Shown: positions 9,721 to 17,643, counted from the stretch's first letter. The stretch is DNA of 64,000 nucleotides from Solirubrobacterales bacterium (GCA_045805745.1 JBJMKP010000001.1:86054-150053); one strand, 5' to 3'. Numbers and translations are program-made. The notes: generated from the letters alone by a model not told the origin.

Positions 9721-9906
9721 CAGAAGGGCGCCGAGGTGTCGCGCTGAGCCGGTCAGGAGGGCAAGTAATTGGCGAAAGGGAAGGGGCGTGCTGCGGTTAT
9801 GAGACCAGACCGTAAAGCGAGATCGGGTCTCCGGGCACGAAATGCGCCTGGCGGGCTCGAACCTGCCGGGTTCAAGTAATGAGCCGCATCTGCCGAAAGG
9901 GGGTCG

Positions 9907-11559
9907 GTGGGAGACAACCTGTCCAGTGCGGTGCGATTGCGGCGACGGGGCCTTGCCCTGCTGCTCGCTGCTGCCGCGGCGCTGAGCCTGGCGGCCTGCG
10001 GCTCGGGGTCGAGCGGGAAAGAAGGGGGCGTGCTGCGGGCGACGTTTGCCTCGTTCCCTGACTACCTCGACCCGGCGCTCTCGCACTCGCCGGAAGGGTG
10101 GTCGGCGATCTATGACACCTACGTGCCGTTGCTGACCTATAACCACGCGGCCGGCAAGGCTGGCAGCGAAGTGATTCCCGGTCTCGCCCGCTCACTGCCG
10201 AAGATCAGCGCCGACGAGAAGACCTACAGCTTTCAGCTGCGCGACGGGCTGCGTTACTCCGACGGGACGCCAGTCAAGGCCTCCGACTTCAAGCACGCTG
10301 TCGAACGGGTCTTCCTGCTCAACTCCAGCGGCTCGCCCTTCTTCACCGACATCGCCGGTGCCCAAGCGTTCGCCAAGAGCAAGCAGGGCGGGATCTCCGG
10401 GATCGCCACCGACGACAAGACCGGCGAGATCACCATCCACCTGGTGAAGCCGCGCGGCACCTTCGAGCAAGAGCTGGCGCTGCCGTTCACCGCACCGCTG
10501 CCGGCGGACACCGCCGCCGAAGATCTCTCCGGGGACCCGCCGCCCGCGACCGGGCCGTACGAGATCACCTCCTCCAAGCCAGGCCGCGGCTGGTCGTACG
10601 CGCGCAACCCCTACTGGGCGAAGGCGAACGGCAAGGCGATGCCGCAGTTGCCCGGCGGCCACGTCGACAAGATCGAGGTGACGGTGCTGCGTAACCCGGC
10701 TACCCAGGTCGCCGACGTCGAATCGGGTCGCTTCGAGTGGATGCAGAACGCGCCCCCGCCCGACCTCTACGCCTCGGTCAAGGACCAGTACGAAGGCACC
10801 CAGTTCCGGGTCGAGCCGACCGAGAGCACCTACTTCTTCTGGATGAACACCACCGAGGCGCCCTTCGACGACGTCAAGGTTCGCCAGGCGGTCAACTACG
10901 CCGTCAACCCCGAGGCGCTGGAACGAATCTACGCCGGACAGCTGGTCGGCACCCAGCAGATCCTGCCGCCGGGGATGCCGGGATACGAGAAATACGAGCT
11001 CTACCCCTATGACGTCGAAAGGGCGAAGAAGATGATCGACGAAGCCGACCCGGCCGACCGCGAGATCACCGTCTGGACCGACGACGAAGACACCCAGGAA
11101 GAAGCCGGCGCCTACTACGCCGAGGTGCTGAAAGAAATCGGCTTCGACGCCAAGCTGCAGGTGATCAACGCCGACAACTACTTCACGGTCATCGGCAACG
11201 CCTCGACCCAGGACCTCGACACCGGCTGGGCGAGCTGGTTCCAGGACTACCCGCACCCCAACGACTTCTTCCAGCCGATGCTCTCCGAAGAAAGCATCTT
11301 CCCGACCAACACCTCGAACCTGGCGCGGATCGCGGTACCGCGATTGAGCAAGAAGATCGACGAGCTGGCCGAAAAGCCGCTCGACTCCCAGGTCGAAAGC
11401 GAATACGCAGCGCTCGACAAGGAATTCATGGAACTGGCGCCGTGGGCTCCTTACGGGACCAGCACCTACCCGACCTTCGTCTCCTCGGCGATCGACCTCG
11501 ACAAGGTGATCTACAACCCGACCTTCAACCAGGACCTGACCAGCTTCCAGTTCAAGTAG
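9907..11559 (+). CDS. ABC transporter substrate-binding protein, family 5 (peptide/nickel type)
   Basis: Lipoprotein signal LSLAACGSGS and family-5 SBP-like sequence throughout. Confidence 0.85.
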   Translation: MGDNLSSAVRLRRRGLALLLAAAAALSLAACGSGSSGKEGGVLRATFASFPDYLDPALSHSPEGWSAIYDTYVPLLTYNHAAGKAGSEVIPGLARSLPKISADEKTYSFQLRDGLRYSDGTPVKASDFKHAVERVFLLNSSGSPFFTDIAGAQAFAKSKQGGISGIATDDKTGEITIHLVKPRGTFEQELALPFTAPLPADTAAEDLSGDPPPATGPYEITSSKPGRGWSYARNPYWAKANGKAMPQLPGGHVDKIEVTVLRNPATQVADVESGRFEWMQNAPPPDLYASVKDQYEGTQFRVEPTESTYFFWMNTTEAPFDDVKVRQAVNYAVNPEALERIYAGQLVGTQQILPPGMPGYEKYELYPYDVERAKKMIDEADPADREITVWTDDEDTQEEAGAYYAEVLKEIGFDAKLQVINADNYFTVIGNASTQDLDTGWASWFQDYPHPNDFFQPMLSEESIFPTNTSNLARIAVPRLSKKIDELAEKPLDSQVESEYAALDKEFMELAPWAPYGTSTYPTFVSSAIDLDKVIYNPTFNQDLTSFQFK

Positions 11560-11568
11560 GTCGCCGGC

Positions 11569-14001
11569 TCAGCGCGCTTTGTGGTGGCGCGGCTTCGGCT
11601 TCTTTACGCAGCGCCACTTACCACGCACCTTCTTCAGCTTCTGGATCTTGCGGCAGTGCGGTTTCCTCACCACCGGCTTGGATGCCGGGGGAGGGGTCGT
11701 GGCGAGTGGCGGTTGCGCCGCGAGCGGAGTGCTCGGAGGCTGGTCGCCGCCGCCTTCGTCCGGCGGTTTGGCTTCTTCGCCCGGTTCGACCATCGCGGCG
11801 TCGATGGAGCCGGTCGTCTGACCGGCGGTGACGCTGACCAGGGTGCCGGCACCAAGACTGCTGGCGCCTTTCCAAAACTGGGTCGCGAATTCTTCGATCG
11901 TCTCTCCGCCTTCGAGATAGACGACCGAAGAGAATTCGACCCGGTAGCTGCCGGTCGGCAGGATCGGAATCAGGTAGGTGCCGTCGGGGTGCGGTTCGGC
12001 GCAATTGGTTGGTTCGCCGCCGCCGCTGGGGAAGGCGCAGACGAAGGCGTCGGAAAGCGGGGCGCCGCTGGAGGCGATGGTTACCCGGCCGGCGATTCCG
12101 CCCGCGGCCTGCAGGTTGGCGTCGATTTCTTCCACTATGTCGCCCGACACCGCGAGCTCTTCCGCTTCGGCTTCGGTCGCCCGGCCATTCCACCATTGCG
12201 GCAGCCAGCCGGCGCTTCCTTCGCTCGGCCCCGCCCGGAAGTTGACCTCGTACATCCCGTCGGAAAGCCCCTGAAGCGTGTAGTCGCCGTGCTTGTCGGC
12301 GTTGATGCAGCGTTGTTCCCCGCCGTCGCTCGGGACGGCGCAGACAAAGGCGAATGGAATCGGGACGCCGCCCGTGCCGGTGACCGAACCGCTGATCCGG
12401 CTGCCGGTAGCGAGTGCTGCGTCGATTTCTTCGAACACGGTTCCCGCGGTGACGTCGAGCTGCTGGGCGTCACCCCGACTCGCCTGATCCGAGTACCACT
12501 GGGTGACGAAGTTGGGATCCGATGGTTCGGCGCCGGGGCCGAAGGGGGTGCCGGGGCGGAAGCGGATTGCGTAAGAGCCGAGATCGAGGCCGCGGAATTC
12601 GTATTCGCCGGACGCCGCCGTGAAGACGCAGCGGCCTTCTTCCTGGTGGCCCCGGAAGGCGCAGACTTCGATCGACTGGATCGGTGAGTCGTCGGCGGCG
12701 GTGGTGACCGTGCCGCGTACCGTTCCGCCCTCCGAGAGGGCCCCATTGACGTTCGTGGCGGCGCCGCCGGAGATGACCGCGATGGGGGTCCCGGCTTCGT
12801 CGATCGGCTGGTCGTTCCAGCGCTCGGAGGCGAAGCCCTGCTCAGCAGCGGAGAACGTTACTTCGTAGCTTCCGCTCGGCAGGGAGCCGATCACATAGGA
12901 GCCGTCGCCCGCCGTCTGCGCGCAGCGGCCGCCGCCTTCGATCACTTCGCTGCCCGTTTCAAAGGCGCAGGCGCGGGCGTTCTGGATCGGCGTCGCGCCA
13001 TCTTCCTCGGTGATCTGGCCTTTGATCTGGCCGCCGAAATGCAGGGTCGCGTCGATCCCGGTGACGGGGGACGGCGCATTCACCTGAACCGCCTCGGCGA
13101 GCTGTCGGCTGGGCTGGTCGCGGTAGTACTGGCGCAGGAAGTTTCCGGAGAGGGGGCCGGGGAAGAATCCGATCCGGTAGCGGCCGCTGGCGAGGCGGTG
13201 GATCACGTAGGTGCCATCGCTTCCGGTGAACCCGCATTCGCCGAAGTTGGGTCGTGCCTTTGCGACTTCAGCACAGACGCTGACCCCGGCGATCGGTTCG
13301 CCACCTTCGTTGGTGACGACACCGGCGATCTGCGCGCCTTTCGTCAGCCCCGCATCGACTTCAGCCGTCACGGCCCCCGCCGTCACCGTCACCGGCGTCG
13401 CCTCGCCTTCGGTCGGGCTGTCGTCGTAGTACTCGTGCAGGTAGTCCCGGGTGGCAGGTTCGAATCCGGCCGAGAATTCGACCGTGTACGAGCCAGGCGG
13501 CAGCCCGCCGAGCCGGTAGCTGCCCCCGGAGTCGGTTGAGGCGCAGTAGGAGAAGACGAAGCCCCCGCCTTTCCTCGCGCAGGCGGAGACGTTGGCGATA
13601 CCGGCTTTGGTAACGGCATCCATAGCCGTGCCTTCCAGCTGGCCCGCGGGCGGCAGTTCGCCATCCACGCCTTCGGTTAGGTGGCCGCTGATAGGGAGGA
13701 CGTCCGCTTCCGCTTCGGTCGATGCGTCTTCGAACCAGCGGTCGACGTAGTCATCGCCACCCTCGAACTTGACCCGGTATTTGCCGGCCTGCGGTAGTTC
13801 GATTTCGTATTCGCCGCTGCCGTCGGTGGCGGCGCAGGCCTGGCTGGCCGTGGACTGCTCGCGGGCGCAGACTTTGATTCCCGACAGCGCCCCGCCGCCG
13901 ACCGCGGTGACAACGCCGCTGACCCCGCCCGCCGCCTGCGCGGACGCCGGCACGAGCAGTAGGGCGAACACCGTGGCCAGCAGCCACGCCTTGATCTTCA
14001 A
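11569..14001 (-). CDS. secreted protein with 7 tandem carboxypeptidase-regulatory-like (Cna-B/SdrD-like) repeats and a basic C-terminal tail
   Basis: Signal peptide VPASAQA. Seven repeats of about 100 aa, each with VCA...C...DG.Y.I..L..G.Y.V.F. Pro-rich linker, then KPHCRKIQKLKKVRGKWRCVKKPKPRHHKAR. Confidence 0.8.
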   Translation of the reverse strand: MKIKAWLLATVFALLLVPASAQAAGGVSGVVTAVGGGALSGIKVCAREQSTASQACAATDGSGEYEIELPQAGKYRVKFEGGDDYVDRWFEDASTEAEADVLPISGHLTEGVDGELPPAGQLEGTAMDAVTKAGIANVSACARKGGGFVFSYCASTDSGGSYRLGGLPPGSYTVEFSAGFEPATRDYLHEYYDDSPTEGEATPVTVTAGAVTAEVDAGLTKGAQIAGVVTNEGGEPIAGVSVCAEVAKARPNFGECGFTGSDGTYVIHRLASGRYRIGFFPGPLSGNFLRQYYRDQPSRQLAEAVQVNAPSPVTGIDATLHFGGQIKGQITEEDGATPIQNARACAFETGSEVIEGGGRCAQTAGDGSYVIGSLPSGSYEVTFSAAEQGFASERWNDQPIDEAGTPIAVISGGAATNVNGALSEGGTVRGTVTTAADDSPIQSIEVCAFRGHQEEGRCVFTAASGEYEFRGLDLGSYAIRFRPGTPFGPGAEPSDPNFVTQWYSDQASRGDAQQLDVTAGTVFEEIDAALATGSRISGSVTGTGGVPIPFAFVCAVPSDGGEQRCINADKHGDYTLQGLSDGMYEVNFRAGPSEGSAGWLPQWWNGRATEAEAEELAVSGDIVEEIDANLQAAGGIAGRVTIASSGAPLSDAFVCAFPSGGGEPTNCAEPHPDGTYLIPILPTGSYRVEFSSVVYLEGGETIEEFATQFWKGASSLGAGTLVSVTAGQTTGSIDAAMVEPGEEAKPPDEGGGDQPPSTPLAAQPPLATTPPPASKPVVRKPHCRKIQKLKKVRGKWRCVKKPKPRHHKAR

Positions 14002-14104
14002 CGGGTCCCTTTCAGGTAGGCGAACGGGCGAAATCGAGGCTGGACGATAGAGACTGAGAACCCGACCGGCATCGAATCCGACCGCTCCGGGAAAATAGGC
14101 AGCC

Positions 14105-14512
14105 GTGCCACAACTTGTCGAAGAGGGATGCGGCGGATTCGAGCTGACGCTGCCGGCCGAGCCCGCCTCGGTTCCGGCGCTGCGCCACCGCGCCTCTCAG
14201 TTCGCCGCCGCGCAGGGGGCAGGGCAGCTCGTCGTCGAGGACGTCGCCCTGGCGGTCTCCGAGGCGGTCACCAACGCGGTCAAGTACGCCGGCGCCGCGG
14301 AGGGCGAGGGCGTGGTCGAGCTCTCCAGCAGAGGGCGGGAGGGATGGTTCGAGGTGGTCGTCCGCGACCGCGGCGAGGCGTTCGGCAAAGGCTCGCCGGA
14401 CGGGCTAGGGCTGGGGCTGGCGATCATCGCCCGCCTCTGCTCAGACCTGAAGATCGTCCAGGAAGGCGACGGGACCGAGGTGCGGATGCGCTTCCCGCTG
14501 CCCGCGGGGTAG
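14105..14512 (+). CDS. HATPase_c anti-sigma-factor-type serine kinase (RsbW/SpoIIAB-like)
   Basis: LAVSEAVTNAVKYA N-box and GLGLGLAII G-box. 135 aa, GTG start. Confidence 0.75.
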   Translation: MPQLVEEGCGGFELTLPAEPASVPALRHRASQFAAAQGAGQLVVEDVALAVSEAVTNAVKYAGAAEGEGVVELSSRGREGWFEVVVRDRGEAFGKGSPDGLGLGLAIIARLCSDLKIVQEGDGTEVRMRFPLPAG

Positions 14513-14514
14513 AG

Positions 14515-15102
14515 CTAGCGGCGCTTGCGAGCCGGCATCTTGAAGCAGCCCTGCGAACTGGAGACATTGGCCCCCGTCTCGCCAGACTCGATCATCCTCG
14601 CCGCGCTGCGAGCCTCGATCTCGAGGATCTCGAGCCGCGCCCTTTCGTGGGCCTCCATCGCTTCTTTGAGCCCCTCCTCGTCCAGAACCAGGGGGGTACG
14701 GGTTAGATGGAAGTTCTCGTCAGAGCCGATGATCCCGGCGCGCGCTGAAGCGACGAAGTCGTCGAGGATCTTCTGCATGAATTCGCAGACCAGGTCCTCG
14801 GCAATGATCGGATCGAGCTCCTCCCACTCCTCGGTGTCGATCAGATGCCGTTCGGTCGCACTGTAGAAGTGCTCGAGGGCGCCACGCACCGGCCGGGTGC
14901 TGACCAGCTCGGCGCATTCGAACTCGACCAGCTGTTTCGTGTGGTAGCTGACGTTCGATAGCTCCTCGTCGAGCTCGCGGGCCATTTCGGCCGGGCTGGC
15001 GGTGCGCTCGACCAGCATCCGCAGGATCGAGGCCCGCAGGGGATGGCTCATCGCTTTGATCCGGTTTTCGGTTGCTTTGCGGCGCTGAGTCTTGGTGGAC
15101 AT
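14515..15102 (-). CDS. ArsR-family winged-helix transcriptional regulator with extended C-terminal domain
   Basis: IKAMSHPLRASILRML...SPAEMARELDEELSNVSYHTKQL HTH. Confidence 0.8.
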   Translation of the reverse strand: MSTKTQRRKATENRIKAMSHPLRASILRMLVERTASPAEMARELDEELSNVSYHTKQLVEFECAELVSTRPVRGALEHFYSATERHLIDTEEWEELDPIIAEDLVCEFMQKILDDFVASARAGIIGSDENFHLTRTPLVLDEEGLKEAMEAHERARLEILEIEARSAARMIESGETGANVSSSQGCFKMPARKRR

Positions 15103-15175
15103 CCCTCTCCCTTATTGCGAGCTGATTACTGGCGAGGACTTGATCGTAACTGCTGAATGGACATTGTGTTCATTT

Positions 15176-15187
15176 TTCTCCGGAGAA
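15176..15187. promoter_or_regulatory. perfect 12-nt palindrome TTCTCCGGAGAA in the AT-richer intergenic region upstream of the ArsR-like gene
   Basis: Self-complementary 12-mer about 75 nt upstream of the minus-strand start at 15102. Confidence 0.35.
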
Positions 15188-15278
15188 TGCTGAAATGTGT
15201 CCCAATGGTGGAACGATCCTCACCAATAATGCAGTCTCCAGCGCACAAGCACTGAGCCGGGGGAGGAGGTGAACCGGA

Positions 15279-15335
15279 ATGGATCTCCGCACCGAGCGCG
15301 TGATGCCCCTCGAGTCGATCGGGAAGGGCGCCTAG
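15279..15335 (+). CDS. 18-codon ORF (MDLRTERVMPLESIGKGA) with strong SD, followed by an intrinsic terminator
   Basis: GGGGGAGGAGGTG SD ends 7 nt before the ATG. Terminator lies 12 nt after the stop. Too short to verify as coding. Confidence 0.3.
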   Translation: MDLRTERVMPLESIGKGA

Positions 15336-15347
15336 CCACCACACTGC

Positions 15348-15381
15348 GGCCGGTCCTCTTTTGAGGGCCGGCCTTTTTCTT
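15348..15381 (+). terminator. rho-independent terminator (bidirectional position)
   Basis: GGCCGGTCCTC-TTTT-GAGGGCCGGCC, an 11-bp stem with one G-U pair, followed by TTTTTCTT. Lies 4 nt from the stop of the minus-strand NlpC/P60 gene. Confidence 0.75.
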
Positions 15382-15384
15382 GCT

Positions 15385-16098
15385 CTAGAGGCCGGGCGGG
15401 TGGCGGGCGACGAAGCCGGCGGTGGAGGCGGTGGCGAGGTGCCAGCGCGGGCCGGTTCCCTGTTCGTCGCCGACCGTGTCGAAGCGCAGGCCGGCGATCT
15501 CGACGAAGGTGTGGCCGGCGTTGGCGTAGACGGTGATCCACTTGCCGGGACCGGGCGCGCCCCATCCCATCAGTGAGCTGGAGTCGAGCGGGCGGGGGAT
15601 CAGGCCGCCGCCGAAGAGGGCGTAGCTGACAGCGCCCGAGCAGTCGTAGGAGTTGCTGTAGAAGGAGGCGTGGCCGCCGCCCCAGACGTAGGGGCGGCCG
15701 ACGATCGTGTTGGCGGCGTCGATCGCTCCCTGCACGGGTTCCGGTGCCGCGGGCGGCGCCAGGGCCACGCCGGTCAGCAGGATCGCGGTCGAGCTCGGGT
15801 CGCCGCCGCGCCGGTGGGCGAAGATCTCGCCGCGACCGAGCCCCGACTTATGCGGGACGTGGGTACCGTTGCTGCCGGCCGAGGCAGGCGGCAGCTTCGA
15901 GGGGTCGGCGGCGATTTCGGCTGCGGTCGGCTGCGCGGGTTCGGGCTGGGCGGGCTCCGGCGCCGGAGGGCGCGCGGCGACCTGGCGCTGGGCTTCGACC
16001 ATCGCCAGGCCCTCGCCGACGGCGTTGACCGCATGGTCGCCGCCGCCCGTCGCGGCAAGCGCCACGACCACCTGCAGAAGTGCTGCCGTGTGCATCAT
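15385..16098 (-). CDS. NlpC/P60 (C40) family peptidoglycan endopeptidase-like protein
   Basis: GRPYVWGGGH...YDCSGAVSYAL catalytic Cys motif, signal-like N-terminus, Pro-rich linker. Confidence 0.85.
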   Translation of the reverse strand: MMHTAALLQVVVALAATGGGDHAVNAVGEGLAMVEAQRQVAARPPAPEPAQPEPAQPTAAEIAADPSKLPPASAGSNGTHVPHKSGLGRGEIFAHRRGGDPSSTAILLTGVALAPPAAPEPVQGAIDAANTIVGRPYVWGGGHASFYSNSYDCSGAVSYALFGGGLIPRPLDSSSLMGWGAPGPGKWITVYANAGHTFVEIAGLRFDTVGDEQGTGPRWHLATASTAGFVARHPPGL

Positions 16099-16108
16099 CG
16101 CGTTGCAA

Positions 16109-16137
16109 GACTAGGAGAAGTGAAACTTCTCCTAGTC
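16109..16137. promoter_or_regulatory. perfect 12-bp inverted repeat GACTAGGAGAAG-TGAAA-CTTCTCCTAGTC
   Basis: Located 10 nt upstream of the NlpC/P60 ATG. It covers the SD-like AGGAG and the GTG of the plus-strand small ORF. Confidence 0.6.
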
Positions 16138-16272
16138 CCGGTGGCGATCGTCGCCTTCGTGTTTTTCCTTCTGATCCTCGGCGCGATCGGGCTCGCGATC
16201 TCCTTCGCGGTCCTCTACGTGATCGGCGGGGCCTGGCGTTTGGTCTCCGGCGGTCGCGCCCGCGAGCGCTGA
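16120..16272 (+). CDS. possible 50-aa membrane peptide
   Basis: VKLLLVPVAIVAFVFFLLILGAIGLAISFAVLYVIGGAWRLVSGGRARER gives two hydrophobic helices. SD-to-start spacing is only 2 nt, so weak. Confidence 0.35.
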   Translation: MKLLLVPVAIVAFVFFLLILGAIGLAISFAVLYVIGGAWRLVSGGRARER

Positions 16273-16360
16273 TTTCCGGGCTAACAGCCGTTTGCGTCTC
16301 CTCCGAACGGGAAAACTTTCCTAAGGGGAGAAAGGGAACTGAAAGCCGAGGAGAGGTGCG

Positions 16361-17392
16361 ATGGCACAGCAGACCAAACGCAAAGAAGGCAGCAAAGGCG
16401 GCAGGGGTAAAAACAAAAGCCCGACGCCGAACAAGGGGGACCAGGGTTCCGGCAAAAGCAGGCCGGAAGGGCTGTACGAGGACTACACGCTGCTCGACCC
16501 CGGGGAAATCAGCGATACCGACGAGCCCGACGTCATCGTCGACATCCCGACGGTCAAAGTCGACGAGATCCACTTCGAGCTCGACGATCTCGAGGCGCGG
16601 ATCTCGCTGCACGCCGAGGTGCTCGACCTGGTGAAACTGAGCGTCGGCGTCCACGCCGAGCTGGGCAAGGTCAAGCTCGACATCAAAGGCGTCGAGGCGC
16701 AGGCGCTGCTGCGGGCGCGGCTCGATCACGTGACCGCGATCATCGACCGGGTGCTGACGACCCTCGATCGCAACCCCGAGGTGCTGAAGGGGATCGCGCG
16801 GACGTTGGAACCGGTCGGCAAAGGCGCCGGAAAAGCGGTCGGCGAAGTCGGCGAAGGCGCGAACAAAGCGGTGGGCCAGATCGGGGAAGGCGCGGGCAGC
16901 GCCGTCGAGGATGTCGGCGAAGGTGCCGAGGGTGCGGTCGAAGACGTCGGCGGGGGCGCCGGCAAAGCCGTCGGTCAGGTCGGCGAAGGAGCCGGCCAGG
17001 CGGTCGGCGGCTTGGGCGAAGGAGCCGGGCAGGCGCTTGGCGGCCTCGGCGGGCTCGCCCAGGTGGGGGCCGGCTCGGGCTCGGGTGGCAATGGCGGCAA
17101 CGGTGGCGAAGGAGGCTCCGGGGGCGGCTTCGCCAAACAGATCGCCAAGCTCGTCGCCAAGGAAATCGGCGCGGCCGCGACCGACGAGGCCAAAGAGCTC
17201 GGTCTCGCCGCAACCCACAAAGCGCTGGAGATGGGCGAGCGACGGCGTCAGAGGCGGGCGGAGAAGCACAACGCCACCAAAGCGGCGCTGCGCAAGGCCG
17301 AGGAGCAGGGGGTCGACATCGACGGCATCGAAGGCACCGGCGCCGAAGGCCGAGTCACCGTCCACGACGTCGAGAAGGCAGCCGCGGGATGA
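16361..17392 (+). CDS. chimeric protein: basic N-terminus, unknown central domain, 7 x 11-residue G/A/V repeats, C-terminal E3-binding (PSBD)-like domain
   Basis: GAGGAGAGG SD. C-terminus ATKAALRKAEEQGVDIDGIEGTGAEGRVTVHDVEKAA resembles the peripheral-subunit-binding domain. Confidence 0.8.
   Translation: MAQQTKRKEGSKGGRGKNKSPTPNKGDQGSGKSRPEGLYEDYTLLDPGEISDTDEPDVIVDIPTVKVDEIHFELDDLEARISLHAEVLDLVKLSVGVHAELGKVKLDIKGVEAQALLRARLDHVTAIIDRVLTTLDRNPEVLKGIARTLEPVGKGAGKAVGEVGEGANKAVGQIGEGAGSAVEDVGEGAEGAVEDVGGGAGKAVGQVGEGAGQAVGGLGEGAGQALGGLGGLAQVGAGSGSGGNGGNGGEGGSGGGFAKQIAKLVAKEIGAAATDEAKELGLAATHKALEMGERRRQRRAEKHNATKAALRKAEEQGVDIDGIEGTGAEGRVTVHDVEKAAAG
16817..17047 (+). repeat. 7 tandem 33-bp coding repeats (GEGAGKAVGxV 11-mers)
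   Basis: Units ggcgaaggNgcNggNNNNgcggtcgNNNNNNtc read in series by eye. Confidence 0.85.
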
Positions 17393-17643
17393 GCGGCCGC
17401 CGTCCCGACCTCGACTTCTTCACCTCGGTAAAGGCGAAGGAGGTGAAGTTCGGCAAGGTGCCGGAGAAGCGGAAGGTCACCTACTACGGCGAGCCGGACC
17501 ACGAAACCGAAGCCGAGGTCGAGCGGGAAAACATCCCCGAGGAGCCCGAGGCTGGCGTCACCTACCGCGACGTCAAGGTCGACTGGTCGGTGGCGCAGCG
17601 GATTGTCCACCCAGTCGAGGCCGAGGACGGGGAGGACGACTGA
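17389..17643 (+). CDS. hypothetical acidic 84-aa protein, translationally coupled to the upstream gene
   Basis: ATGA start/stop overlap at 17389..17392. Good GC3. Confidence 0.65.
   Translation: MSGRRPDLDFFTSVKAKEVKFGKVPEKRKVTYYGEPDHETEAEVERENIPEEPEAGVTYRDVKVDWSVAQRIVHPVEAEDGEDD

Noticed and set aside
9820-9885. tRNA-like fragment (GGCGGGCTCGAACCTGCC, minus-strand GGTTCGAGCCCGCC) considered as a possible pseudo-tRNA or att remnant
   Set aside because: I could not fold a cloverleaf: the T stem pairs at only 3 of 5 positions and there is no acceptable anticodon arm. It also does not match the 3' end of the neighbouring tRNA-Arg.
9403-10146. Full 247-aa minus ORF extending from the lipoprotein-like gene into the SBP gene
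   Set aside because: The upstream two-thirds is R/P-rich and overlaps the SBP gene start. Only the C-terminal 105 codons (9403..9720) look like a real gene.
16817-17047. Regular 33-bp tandem repeats considered as a possible CRISPR-like or minisatellite array
   Set aside because: There are no spacers. The units are contiguous, in frame, and encode an 11-residue protein repeat inside a well-supported CDS.
15848-17365. 505-aa minus-strand ORF spanning the NlpC/P60 5' region and the repeat-protein gene
   Set aside because: Its composition is R/P/G/A-rich. It crosses a well-defined divergent intergenic region and contradicts the SD-supported plus-strand gene at 16361.
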